Assembly (NCBI GenBank): GCA_019057475.1
Contig: DXJO01000022.1
Location: forward strand, 22,465 to 86,464
DNA from: Candidatus Thorarchaeota archaeon
Lineage (GTDB): Archaea > Asgardarchaeota > Thorarchaeia > Thorarchaeales > Thorarchaeaceae
Direction of reading: 5' to 3'
DNA length: 64,000 bases
Both the position numbers and the translations under genes were made by a program. Each line of letters opens with the position of its first letter. The stretch's first letter is position 1. The notes beneath the pieces are model-generated. The model was not told the DNA's origin. It was given only the letters and a program-made list of their open reading frames with translations, and made no database searches. Below are positions 1-9,125 of the stretch, piece after piece.

Positions 1-67
1 AAGAAGATAGGAATGAAAGCGGCTTAGAATGCTCTTGCACAAGCAAATGTTTCGGGCTTGCGAGTAA

Positions 68-481
68 CTATTCGTCAGACTTTTCATTTTCCATTTCGTT
101 TGGTGATTCGGGCGCCTCTTTGGTGGCTTCAACTTCCTCCGGCTCGGCTTCTTCTTCCTCTGGAGCTTTGCTGGAATCCCCTTCCTCAGCTTCTTCGCTA
201 CCAGGTGAGAGTTTCAAGACCATGACATATCCAAGGGCAAAAGCAACTATCCCGAGAAGGATTGTGATCCAGAAAGTCCCGCCCGATCCGAACCACGCAT
301 TTGGATTGATCAACAGGTTTGACAGAGGAGTACCTAGCAATACATGCTGAACCCACATCGGCACTGTGAAAACAAGGGGCAGAGTGATAATCACTAGTAT
401 GATTGCCGACAGAACGATCTCGTATGTGTACGCGAGTATTCTACGAAAGGTGCTATCAATTGCGTTCTTTGCCTTGGACAA
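68..481 (-). CDS. Hypothetical membrane protein (2 TM helices, acidic C-terminal tail)
   Basis: 137-aa ORF; TTG start preceded by AAGGAGAG; two hydrophobic segments followed by a Glu-rich tail. Confidence 0.75.
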   Translation of the reverse strand: MSKAKNAIDSTFRRILAYTYEIVLSAIILVIITLPLVFTVPMWVQHVLLGTPLSNLLINPNAWFGSGGTFWITILLGIVAFALGYVMVLKLSPGSEEAEEGDSSKAPEEEEAEPEEVEATKEAPESPNEMENEKSDE

Positions 482-564
482 TGTGTTCTCTCCTTAGCCA
501 GTCGACCTGTGCCGCCTTTTTAATACTTACTCCAGACGGATGCTATTCACATCAAGTCATCTAC

Positions 565-672
565 TCAAAAAGAGTGTAGGGGCCCAGAAAAAGCAAGTTT
601 GCCAGCGCGTGTGTCTTAGGATGGATTCTTGAGAGAGGGAGGGAGAGATGGCAAACCGTTCGGGCCCCGCCG
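565..672 (-). ncRNA. Putative structured small RNA 1 (nested hairpin, CU-rich loop, 3' ACA and U-tract)
   Basis: Outer stem GGGGCCC (579-585) / GGGCCCC (662-668); inner 8-bp stem GTTTGCCA (597-604) / TGGCAAAC (649-656). On the minus strand it is followed by ACA and a T-run, with a TATA-like sequence upstream (~692-708). Confidence 0.45.
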
Positions 673-784
673 AGTATTATTAGTTCCTATTAGCATATAA
701 GTATATTGTCTGCGTAAGCATCCAACTCAATTCCAAGATGCTGATAGATCCTCTAAGCCGTAGTCAGGTCCGGGGAAAGAATAG

Positions 785-872
785 AGGAAAAGTCAAGAAG
801 GTGATGGCGGGGGGCCAGAGAACACTGAAGGAGGAGAGAGAATGGTGAATTTCAGGAGATGGCCCCCTTAGC
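785..872 (-). ncRNA. Putative structured small RNA 2 (same architecture as RNA 1)
   Basis: Outer stem GGGGGCCA (810-817) / TGGCCCCC (860-867); inner stem CTGAA (825-829) / TTCAG (851-855). CU-rich loop on the minus strand, AT-rich TATA-like region upstream (~895-906), pyrimidine tract downstream. Confidence 0.4.
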
Positions 873-1110
873 CTTCATACATGTTATTGTGGAATTTATT
901 ATTAAAGGAAATTAGGATATATACGCCACAAATATTATCGCGATTTTCTCAATTCGGAGGGCTCAATTCACACATCCGCCCCTCTCAAGCAAGCAAAAAG
1001 GCAAGGCCTGATTTTGTTTGTGCCCCCCCACACTCCTCACTTGTTCATTGTTGGTGCGGCAATAAGCGTAGAAGTAGTTGCAGACCGGGGGGTTTGAGCA
1101 AAACGATGCA

Positions 1111-1515
1111 TTACAATTCGTGCGCTTGTTCCATTCGGGTTTGAATATGCATATTGGTGGGAGTACAGCCGTGAGAGAACACCTCGACGATAAAGGGGTT
1201 CCGAGCTTCCGCTACCTTAGTCCACATTGCGTTATCCCGTCGGTAGTATCGATAATCCAGATTACCGTGACGGACCTCTAGAATGGATTTTGCTGGCAGT
1301 TCCTCCAGATTGGTGACTTCAAGCTGATGACCGGGGTTTTCAGTGCCAACTGGGTTGGATAGGAAGAGCCTGAACACTTCGTCATTGGATGGCATGAGAA
1401 CAGCAACATGTGGGCGATCGACAGAGTTCCACTTGGATGGAACTGGGGGCTTGCGGCATGTGTACGCACCGATAGCGGAGCGCAACATCAGATAGGCACC
1501 CTTATCGATTATCAC
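1111..1515 (-). CDS. Hypothetical protein
   Basis: 134-aa ORF filling the gap; purine-rich sequence before the GTG start; no recognisable motif. Confidence 0.5.
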   Translation of the reverse strand: MIIDKGAYLMLRSAIGAYTCRKPPVPSKWNSVDRPHVAVLMPSNDEVFRLFLSNPVGTENPGHQLEVTNLEELPAKSILEVRHGNLDYRYYRRDNAMWTKVAEARNPFIVEVFSHGCTPTNMHIQTRMEQAHEL

Positions 1516-1762
1516 TTTCTATATCCGTCCTTTCGCGTTTTCCGTTGAGGAAAATTTACAGGTATGAAAGGATATCGCTGGTGAGCAGTATATAACTATC
1601 CACGACTTACCGCATCGCGGCAGTGTCGTTAGAAGCGTTCGTATGGCATCAGCAGAGCCCTGCGCATTCCAAGTGTGATTGGCTACAGTTCGTTCGAAGG
1701 AAGCATTGCACGACAAGACCTTGATAGGTCATTCCAACTTAACAAACGGCCAAAAGAGAAGA

Positions 1763-2446
1763 CTACTTGTCCACACCAATCCGAATACGAACTTCAGCAA
1801 GAACACGCGATAATGAGTCCAGGGTCAATGAAGCTCCTGCACGTCGTAGTGATTCATGATTGGTTTCTCCGGTAGTGACTCCCCAGAACTCTACGCCTGC
1901 TCTCTTCGCGGCAACGGCATCTATGCCAGCATCTCCCACGTAGACAGATTCGTTCCGCTCGACGTCGAGTCGTGCAACGATTTTCAATAGACCATCAGGG
2001 AATGGTTTTGCTCTTGGAGATTCGTGACGTGTCTGGATGATATCGAACAGACCACCTAGCTTCGTCTGCTCAAGAATGGTGTTAACTGAACCACGACCGT
2101 TGTTCGTGAGTATCGCAGTTTTGAGTCCAAGGTCTTTTATCCCGTTGATAACCTCGACAGTGTCCTCAATAAGGATGACTTGCTTCGTAGCGCTAGCTTC
2201 GTGCTTATCGAGAATTGCATCCATCTCGGACTCATATTTATTCCATTTATCAGGAGATATGCCACCGGAGAGGAAGTACTCCCGTGCCTTTGTGGTGGAA
2301 CTAGAAATCCCATCAGCAGGCTCAAAAAGCTCTCTCGGCGCGCCCCTGCTGATGAAGTATGCTTTGGTGTCTCTGCGCATTGCTTCCAGTGGCAGATTCA
2401 AGATAGTGAGCGTTCCGTCAAGGTCAAAAACCACAGCTTTCAGCAT
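1763..2446 (-). CDS. HAD-superfamily hydrolase (phosphoglycolate phosphatase-like)
   Basis: Motif I FDLDGT, motif II LTNN, KP and GD-xxx-D motifs; start reassigned to MLKAVVFD (2446). Confidence 0.9.
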   Translation of the reverse strand: MLKAVVFDLDGTLTILNLPLEAMRRDTKAYFISRGAPRELFEPADGISSSTTKAREYFLSGGISPDKWNKYESEMDAILDKHEASATKQVILIEDTVEVINGIKDLGLKTAILTNNGRGSVNTILEQTKLGGLFDIIQTRHESPRAKPFPDGLLKIVARLDVERNESVYVGDAGIDAVAAKRAGVEFWGVTTGETNHESLRRAGASLTLDSLSRVLAEVRIRIGVDK

Positions 2447-2533
2447 CGAGTGACACCGCGTCGGGTGCCACAGGGGTCCCACTTAAGCATGCCCCTGTGT
2501 TCCAGAGGTAAGATTTTCTTGATTGTGAACTGC

Positions 2534-3040
2534 TTAATCGGATTCATCAGGACTGTAGACAAGTGCCTTAGTGCACGTAGCATCCATAGTTGCTGGTTTT
2601 GGAACCTCCATCTTGACTCCAGGCGCAATACCTTCAGCTACGGCGCTTACGTATGGCCAACAGACTGATTCACAGTAGAGTTTCCCCTTCTTGAGGAAGC
2701 CTTCGTGCTGCGGACAATACGGATGATCTGTTTCCACGCGATTGTCAGAAATCCATCTTGGTTTCATCTTCGCGCCCATCACGTGGCCAATGACAATCCA
2801 CGCATCCAGAGCATCTTTGAGCATGTTCCCAAGGCCAAGGGTTTCCTTCATTGCAATCGCGTCCTCATTCCCTAATCTTTGAAAGACCTCGGCGACCGCA
2901 TCTAACCCATCCTTGCCAAATCGTTCTTCCATCACAATGGCAGTTTCAGTCATCAAGCGACCCAAGTTGCTTCTCAGTTCCGAAACCTTATTTCCAGCAG
3001 GGATAATCCCTTTGACAGCTGCGGTTTTCATTATTCCCAT
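2534..3040 (-). CDS. V4R / ATC-hydrolase-like small-ligand-binding protein
   Basis: Helical N-half followed by the YCP...YCESVC...TC cysteine pattern typical of V4R/ATC-hydrolase-like proteins. Confidence 0.6.
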   Translation of the reverse strand: MGIMKTAAVKGIIPAGNKVSELRSNLGRLMTETAIVMEERFGKDGLDAVAEVFQRLGNEDAIAMKETLGLGNMLKDALDAWIVIGHVMGAKMKPRWISDNRVETDHPYCPQHEGFLKKGKLYCESVCWPYVSAVAEGIAPGVKMEVPKPATMDATCTKALVYSPDESD

Positions 3041-3171
3041 AACGAGTCCTCGCGATATTGCGGAGCGTTCAATCTAATGAAGATTGCTGACGAACCGCAG
3101 AGAACTCGATTGCCGCCATGTAGGAATCAGCTTTAAGATGGAATACTGTTCTTCTCGATTGGTGATCTGCT

Positions 3172-4194
3172 GTGAAGAGTGTAAAAGGGATAGACACGAA
3201 TGACATGAGAGCAATGGTCGAGGCGTTTCCTTCGCTTCTGAGTTTGACGAAACCGGACCCATCGATAATGACCATGGCATCGCAGGCGTTCTCTTCAGGA
3301 CTTCATGGGATCTGCATAGCAGGAATGGGGGGCAGTGCAATTGCGGGTCAGATGGCCAAGGCACTCTTGGCTCAAAAGGCACAGGTGCCCCTCATCACAT
3401 GGAGAGACTACGAGCTTCCGCGCTGTGTCACAAAGGATTGGGCGGTTATCTGCGTAAGCTACTCGGGCAATACAGAAGAAACACTCTCAGCATTCGAAAC
3501 GGCCAAGAAGGTGGGTAGCGCGTTGTTTATCGTAACAACCGGCGGCGCGATATTGGAGCAATCCAAGGACCTGCCAGTTGCATTACTTCCTAAGGGCATC
3601 CAGCCAAGGGCTGCGCTTCCAGTTATTTTCTCGCTTGCCCTGCCGATTGTCGAGGCCTTGATCGGGATTGATAGCACTGATTTTTCCAAGCTGTCAGTGG
3701 TTCTGGAGGGCTTGGTGAAGCGTTGGGGAAATGAAATTATGTCCCCAAGAAACCTTGCTGAACGCATCAGCTCGCTTGTTCCGCTCTTCATAGGTTCAGG
3801 ACATATGGTGCCGGTGTCTTATCGAGCCAAGTGTCAAATCAACGAAAACGCAAAGACTGTTGCCTTCAGCGCGGAGCTGCCTGAAGCAAATCATAATGAA
3901 GTCGAGGCGTCCCACACGTACAAGGAGTACGGAATCGTGCCCATCTTCCTAAGGAGCACTCATGAGAGTAAGAAAATGTCCGCGCGGTTTGAAGCCACAG
4001 ACGCAGTGTACAGGCAGAGCGATTGTGCGCCAGTTCATGTTCGACTGAGTGGATTGAGCGAACTGGAAGAAACTCTCGCGATTGCACATTACTTGGATAT
4101 GCTGTCAGTCGACGCCGCAGACATCCGAGAAGTTGACTCTGTTAGAGTTGACAAGATTGCGGAACTCAAGCGAAGACTCGCAGAGGGGTTCTAA
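3172..4194 (+). CDS. Bifunctional phosphoglucose/phosphomannose isomerase (SIS domains)
   Basis: GMGGSAI, SYSGNTEET, QPRAA, QINENAK and ELPEANHNE motifs. Confidence 0.92.
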   Translation: MKSVKGIDTNDMRAMVEAFPSLLSLTKPDPSIMTMASQAFSSGLHGICIAGMGGSAIAGQMAKALLAQKAQVPLITWRDYELPRCVTKDWAVICVSYSGNTEETLSAFETAKKVGSALFIVTTGGAILEQSKDLPVALLPKGIQPRAALPVIFSLALPIVEALIGIDSTDFSKLSVVLEGLVKRWGNEIMSPRNLAERISSLVPLFIGSGHMVPVSYRAKCQINENAKTVAFSAELPEANHNEVEASHTYKEYGIVPIFLRSTHESKKMSARFEATDAVYRQSDCAPVHVRLSGLSELEETLAIAHYLDMLSVDAADIREVDSVRVDKIAELKRRLAEGF

Positions 4195-4745
4195 GTGTGA
4201 CCCTCATGAGTGAATGTTATGCGCATGGGTGATGCCGATGCACCGAATACATCATAAGATAAGACTAGGAGTATGCTGAAGGTCCAGTCATCGGAATTTT
4301 CAGCATCGTAGAGTATCTGCTTGTCAAGAATCTCATAGATCGTTTCGCCCACAGTGAAGTTCGTATCATAACCTGGATACAGCGGTTGGTCCGCTAGGGG
4401 AATATATCTTCGCCATTGTTGTGTGTAGAGAAACGGCCTTTCGTTCAACTCGACCTGTACTCGGAAGTACGTGATCGATGCATCACCGGCAGAACCCGTC
4501 GACACGTTAGCGTTGAACACGAGTGTGATACGAGGATTAATCGATTCGTTCGTAGGATCCAAGCCTGTAATCCTGACCTCGAGTAAATTCAATTCCAAAT
4601 TGGCGACGAGCGAGTAGCTCCCAGCAAAATAGGAGCTGCTTGTCGCAAATCCCAAACCGCTCACGATTCCAAGTATGAGTGTAGCAACGACTATAATGTT
4701 CTGTGTCTTTGTGTCCGCAATCATATTGACCAACACCATTTTCAC
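4191..4745 (-). CDS. Membrane-anchored exported protein (LEA_2/WHy-like beta domain)
   Basis: N-terminal TM/signal segment followed by a beta-rich domain; exact start uncertain. Confidence 0.6.
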   Translation of the reverse strand: MKMVLVNMIADTKTQNIIVVATLILGIVSGLGFATSSSYFAGSYSLVANLELNLLEVRITGLDPTNESINPRITLVFNANVSTGSAGDASITYFRVQVELNERPFLYTQQWRRYIPLADQPLYPGYDTNFTVGETIYEILDKQILYDAENSDDWTFSILLVLSYDVFGASASPMRITFTHEGHT

Positions 4746-4796
4746 CTGAAACGGTCGGATATCTCCCTTGTGCTCTGCGCATATGAACAGAGCGGA

Positions 4797-5666
4797 TTAC
4801 CCAACAATGAATGTCAACGCCACCAAATGAACAATCCACGGAAACAGGGCGAGAAGCGCAGGCAGCGGAATTGCAGGGAGTATCTCACCTTCCTTCGAGA
4901 TGACAGTGGCGTTAATCACAATGCCAAGCAAACACAACAAGATGGATGCCGCCCATACGAAGGAAGGGAAGTAGACAAAGGAGTGCGCCGAGATAAGGGC
5001 AAACGTGATGAAGTCGCCGGCCCCCACCGCAACTCTCTCTGACTGAATACGCGCATAATCAAACGGATCTGAAGCAATCCTTCTTGATATCGTCACTGGC
5101 TGAGCTGCAGGTGAGAACTTCGTGAGGAAGAAGTCTTCGAGGATTATCGCTATGATCAGTACGAACATGGTCGATGTAATCATGGTGATTCCCATGAATA
5201 TCCCGAAGATGCTACTGTAAAATGCAACGTATAGATTCCGAAGCATGGGCGGGATGGCATCGATTATAATCATTACAATCGACAACATTGACACGCCCAA
5301 TGAAACAAGCAACACAACTCCTTGGAAAATTCCTGTGGTCCCCTTGAAAAGTACCAAGAGGAGGGATTGGCCTAGAAACATTGATACGAAGAACAGAATG
5401 GGAGACGCGACGAAGGCCACTACTAACTTCCTTGTGCCACGCCCTCTCCTTTGAATCACCCAGAACAGCAAGAATACGACAGTACCACCGAGGAGAACCG
5501 ACACCACGGCCTCGATCACTACTTGCATGGGACTGTAGCTACTAGCAGTGCCGATGAGTCGGCCGATGATTGCGGTGTCCAAGACAACCATTGCCACGTA
5601 GGAACCCAGCAGCAGAGGAACGGCAGAGAGCAAGATCAGGATTGCACGCGATCGGTCCAGTTTCAT
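4797..5666 (-). CDS. Presenilin-family GxGD intramembrane aspartyl protease
   Basis: About 9 TM helices; TM6 LEDF (YD equivalent), TM7 VGAGDFI, C-terminal LPAIP (PAL equivalent). Confidence 0.8.
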   Translation of the reverse strand: MKLDRSRAILILLSAVPLLLGSYVAMVVLDTAIIGRLIGTASSYSPMQVVIEAVVSVLLGGTVVFLLFWVIQRRGRGTRKLVVAFVASPILFFVSMFLGQSLLLVLFKGTTGIFQGVVLLVSLGVSMLSIVMIIIDAIPPMLRNLYVAFYSSIFGIFMGITMITSTMFVLIIAIILEDFFLTKFSPAAQPVTISRRIASDPFDYARIQSERVAVGAGDFITFALISAHSFVYFPSFVWAASILLCLLGIVINATVISKEGEILPAIPLPALLALFPWIVHLVALTFIVG

Positions 5667-5770
5667 CCCATTGTCTCCAGAGTGACTTACATTGGCCGGG
5701 GTTAAAGAAGCTGAGTTCTCCGCAAGCCTTTATGAGAACCTATAGTCAACTCGCTCTTAGGTTGATAAGG

Positions 5771-5804
5771 GAAAAAAGAAAGGGGATGGGGACGAATGTC
5801 CCCA
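5771..5804 (-). terminator. Hairpin + U-tract terminator downstream of oppA
   Basis: TGGGGAC/GTCCCCA stem (5787-5804) followed on the minus strand by TTTCTTTTTTC. Confidence 0.65.
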
Positions 5805-5814
5805 ATAGATTGCT

Positions 5815-7647
5815 CTACTTCTGTCTCATTAAAACATATCCACCGACGAGGATAACCACCGCAGCACCGACTGCACCGGCTACAATAGCCATTGTGAAGT
5901 CAGGAGGAGCTACCGTTGTTGTGTCAGTGTCTGGCGTTTCCACAGTTTTGTCAGGTCCGAAGAAGTAGTTCGGGTTGTACGTCAACTCAGTGAACTCACC
6001 CGCAACATACTCGGTTATGATGAATGGTCCAGAGGTCACAAATTCCTCAACTGGTGGATTGGGGCTCCATTCGGCCCAGTCCTCAATCACAATCTCCTGC
6101 ATGATATGCTTCGGAAAGATTGGCTTGAATGCGACGCCGTGCAGGTGCCAGTAGGACTCAGTGTTGAACTCCACAACAACTGTGTAGGTTGATGGAGCAT
6201 ATGCGGCACTCATCTCCAGCAGGTCTGGCCGATATCTGTTTCCAGGTGCGTCTCTTAGGAAGTTCAGTGAGAACGCGACATCCTCAGCCGTCAATGGAGT
6301 ACCATCAGTCCAAGTGGCATTCTGGAGGATGTTGAAGGTGAACCGGGTGTGCCCTACAGGAATTGCGTCATTTTCAGCATGCGTTTCAGCCAAGTATGAC
6401 TCAGCCAGCCACAACATGTCCAAGCCAGTGGAATCAAGAGTCATCAAGCTGTCATAGAGCTCGGTCAACACTTGAATGGTGTAAGCTGAGCTAGCACCCA
6501 ATAGGTTGAATGTGTCAAGGTCGAGCGAGTTGCTCCAACGGAATGTTCCGCCGAACGGACCACCCTGATCAGCCTTTAGATGGACTTTCTTGTTCGTCCA
6601 AGTGCCGGGGACTCCATCGGACCAATCGTTGACGTGACCCGCGAACTTGTCATCTCGCCAAGCGTGGTACTTTATGTTCTGGTAGGTGATGATGTACGGA
6701 CACTCATAGACCCAGATCTCCTGCAGCTTGATTGCGGCAGCATAGACTGTGTCATAGTCCGTTGAGTGGAGCAAGTCGTCGATGTAATAATCGTAGGTAG
6801 AGTTCTTAAAGTTCGGGAAGTTTAAGAATGGCTCGTCTGCGTTCCATGAAGCCCACTCTTTACCTAGGAAGTCAACGTCAGCTGAACCAAATTCCCAAGC
6901 AAGGAAGCACATGTCGTAATCGAGGTGGTTGTTAAGCCTACCGAGATACTCGTAGAAGTCAGTGGGTTCAGAGGTAGCCTCAATACCCAGATCAAGTAGA
7001 GCATCTGCGATGAAGGCTCCAACCTCGATGGCGATTGGTGAGGATGATGCACACTCAACCAGGATTGGGTCGAAATCACCTTTAGGACCAGTTAGGAATT
7101 CAGCTCCTTTTTCATAGTAAAACCCGGCGGCTTCCAGAAGATCTTTACCCTTCTGTACCTGTGGTTCATAGTAAGTATAGGGTAGCTGCCCCTCAATGGA
7201 CCATCCGTTCTGCTTAGGTACAGGGGAATCTTGTGATCCTGAGAATCCTTCGAATATGTCAGCAGAGATTGCATTCTTGTCTAATGCGAATGCTATTGCT
7301 CTCCGGACAGCTGTATAGTTGAGCGGATACCTATCACAATTGATTGTGACGAATCCATAGCCATTTCTCAGTACATTGGTAAGTTGTATGTTCTCAGCTA
7401 CCTCGAGTGCCGGAATAAAGGTTGGATCAAGGAAGCTATCGATAACATCGATTTCGTCATTTTGTAGTGCAAGAACTTGCAAGTCGTCGCTCGTAATCAC
7501 ATCGAATCTAAGCTTGTCAATATACGGACCGGTCTTAGCATGACCAGGTATCGTTTGAGCTGTGGCAAAAATCGGTGAGATTGCCATCAATGCGAAAGCA
7601 GCAACGAGCGTAATAGCAATTGTTCTCTTAGCACGAGTGCTTGCCAT
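5815..7647 (-). CDS. oppA: Oligopeptide ABC transporter substrate-binding protein (family 5), circularly permuted, C-terminal membrane anchor
   Basis: Signal peptide MASTRAKR... after AAGGAGA; WTDGTPLTAEDVAFS, VRRAIAFALDK and SGPF motifs; Thr-rich linker and TM anchor. Confidence 0.9.
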   Translation of the reverse strand: MASTRAKRTIAITLVAAFALMAISPIFATAQTIPGHAKTGPYIDKLRFDVITSDDLQVLALQNDEIDVIDSFLDPTFIPALEVAENIQLTNVLRNGYGFVTINCDRYPLNYTAVRRAIAFALDKNAISADIFEGFSGSQDSPVPKQNGWSIEGQLPYTYYEPQVQKGKDLLEAAGFYYEKGAEFLTGPKGDFDPILVECASSSPIAIEVGAFIADALLDLGIEATSEPTDFYEYLGRLNNHLDYDMCFLAWEFGSADVDFLGKEWASWNADEPFLNFPNFKNSTYDYYIDDLLHSTDYDTVYAAAIKLQEIWVYECPYIITYQNIKYHAWRDDKFAGHVNDWSDGVPGTWTNKKVHLKADQGGPFGGTFRWSNSLDLDTFNLLGASSAYTIQVLTELYDSLMTLDSTGLDMLWLAESYLAETHAENDAIPVGHTRFTFNILQNATWTDGTPLTAEDVAFSLNFLRDAPGNRYRPDLLEMSAAYAPSTYTVVVEFNTESYWHLHGVAFKPIFPKHIMQEIVIEDWAEWSPNPPVEEFVTSGPFIITEYVAGEFTELTYNPNYFFGPDKTVETPDTDTTTVAPPDFTMAIVAGAVGAAVVILVGGYVLMRQK

Positions 7648-7883
7648 TATTCTCTCTATCTCCTTTTCCGAGTCGAATCGGATGTCGTTCAGCTGTTGGT
7701 GCATGATAAAAGTGTTTTGTTGCAAGCGGACACACATAGAAGTCAATCAGCATAAAGGACAAAGAATTGTTAAGCGAGCGAGGAATATGGATAGATGTTA
7801 GTCAACGAATGTATGCACTCCCAGAGAAACAGAACAAAAGCAAGGGAAGGGCGTGATGCCCTTTCCTACTAGGTAGTGCCATG

Positions 7884-8933
7884 CTATCCGTATTTGATTC
7901 GCGGATCCAACACGCCATACAACAGGTCAGCTATGAAGTTCGCGAGAATCGCAGTAATCGCTATGACCATGAATATCGCCTGTACAACAGGGTAGTCCAA
8001 AATGATGAGACTTCTGAAGATGTACCGGCCCAACCCATACCAGCCAAACACTGTTTCCGTAAGCGTTGCACCGTTGATCAGGAACCCGAATGTCATCGCG
8101 ATTATTGTAACCATCGGGAGCATTGCATTCTTCAGGCCATGTTTGTATAGAACCTGATTCTCATCCAACCCCTTTGCACGCGCAGTCAAAATGTAATCCT
8201 CTGTCATAACATCAATTAAGCTATTACGCATGTAAAGGAAGTATCCGCCATAGCCACCGACACCGAGCGTGACCATAGGCAGAACCAAATGATGAAGGAT
8301 GTTACCGGCGATTATCAGCCCGCCAAGTGGATCATCTTTTGAAGCGATCCAAACATCAGGGGTTATCGTGCCGCCAGACGGAAACTGAATCAGCCCCCCG
8401 GTCAAGTTTGGAACATAGAATGAGAACGTCATTAATAGCATCATACCTACCCAGAAGACCGGCAATGCATAGATGAACAGAGCTACTGTCACTGCTCCAA
8501 CATCTCTATTTGACCCTGGGTCTGCCGCAACTTTGACTCCTGTGAAGATACCTAGGATGATGGCGACAATAGAAGAGGTACCCATCAATAGAAGGGTGTT
8601 TGGCAAACGAGCCATAATCTCATCGGTTACAGGTCTCTGGCTGACAAATGAATATCCAAAGTCGCCTGTGAACATGTTGACTACATATCTCCAGAACATG
8701 TAGATCCAGTCAAAGATGTCAGGATTAGGTACCAAACCAAAGCGCGCATAAATCTCCTCGAGTAGCTCTGCGGTCATATTGCGACGCAGGTTTACATCAA
8801 TCATGAGGTCAACCGGGCTAACACCGAAGAGGAGTGTTGGAAGTCTGAAGAGGAAAAAGTTGAAACATACTACTGCCACCACTAGCAGAAACATGTAGAT
8901 GAGTCTTCTAATGACATACTCGCGCAATCCCAT
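7884..8933 (-). CDS. oppB: Oligopeptide ABC permease
   Basis: GDFGYSF, RLPNTL, EAA-loop DYILTARAKGL and LDPRI motifs. Confidence 0.93.
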   Translation of the reverse strand: MGLREYVIRRLIYMFLLVVAVVCFNFFLFRLPTLLFGVSPVDLMIDVNLRRNMTAELLEEIYARFGLVPNPDIFDWIYMFWRYVVNMFTGDFGYSFVSQRPVTDEIMARLPNTLLLMGTSSIVAIILGIFTGVKVAADPGSNRDVGAVTVALFIYALPVFWVGMMLLMTFSFYVPNLTGGLIQFPSGGTITPDVWIASKDDPLGGLIIAGNILHHLVLPMVTLGVGGYGGYFLYMRNSLIDVMTEDYILTARAKGLDENQVLYKHGLKNAMLPMVTIIAMTFGFLINGATLTETVFGWYGLGRYIFRSLIILDYPVVQAIFMVIAITAILANFIADLLYGVLDPRIKYG

Positions 8934-9073
8934 TGTTCATGCTCCTTATTCATTTGTCCGCAGTACATAGTGTCACTGAGTACTGCAATGATGTACAATT
9001 TCCACCGACCTAATAAGGATACCGTTCAAGGAGACCAGCAGAGATTGGACGATCAGTGAATAGAATAGTGGAA

Positions 9074-9108
9074 GAAAAAAGAAATGATAGAGGCCCTGTA
9101 AGGGCCTC
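9074..9108 (-). terminator. Hairpin + U-tract terminator downstream of oppC
   Basis: GAGGCCCT/AGGGCCTC 8-bp stem (9090-9108) followed by TTTCTTTTTTC on the minus strand. Confidence 0.65.
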
Positions 9109-9125
9109 GGGATTCAAGAGAGCGG

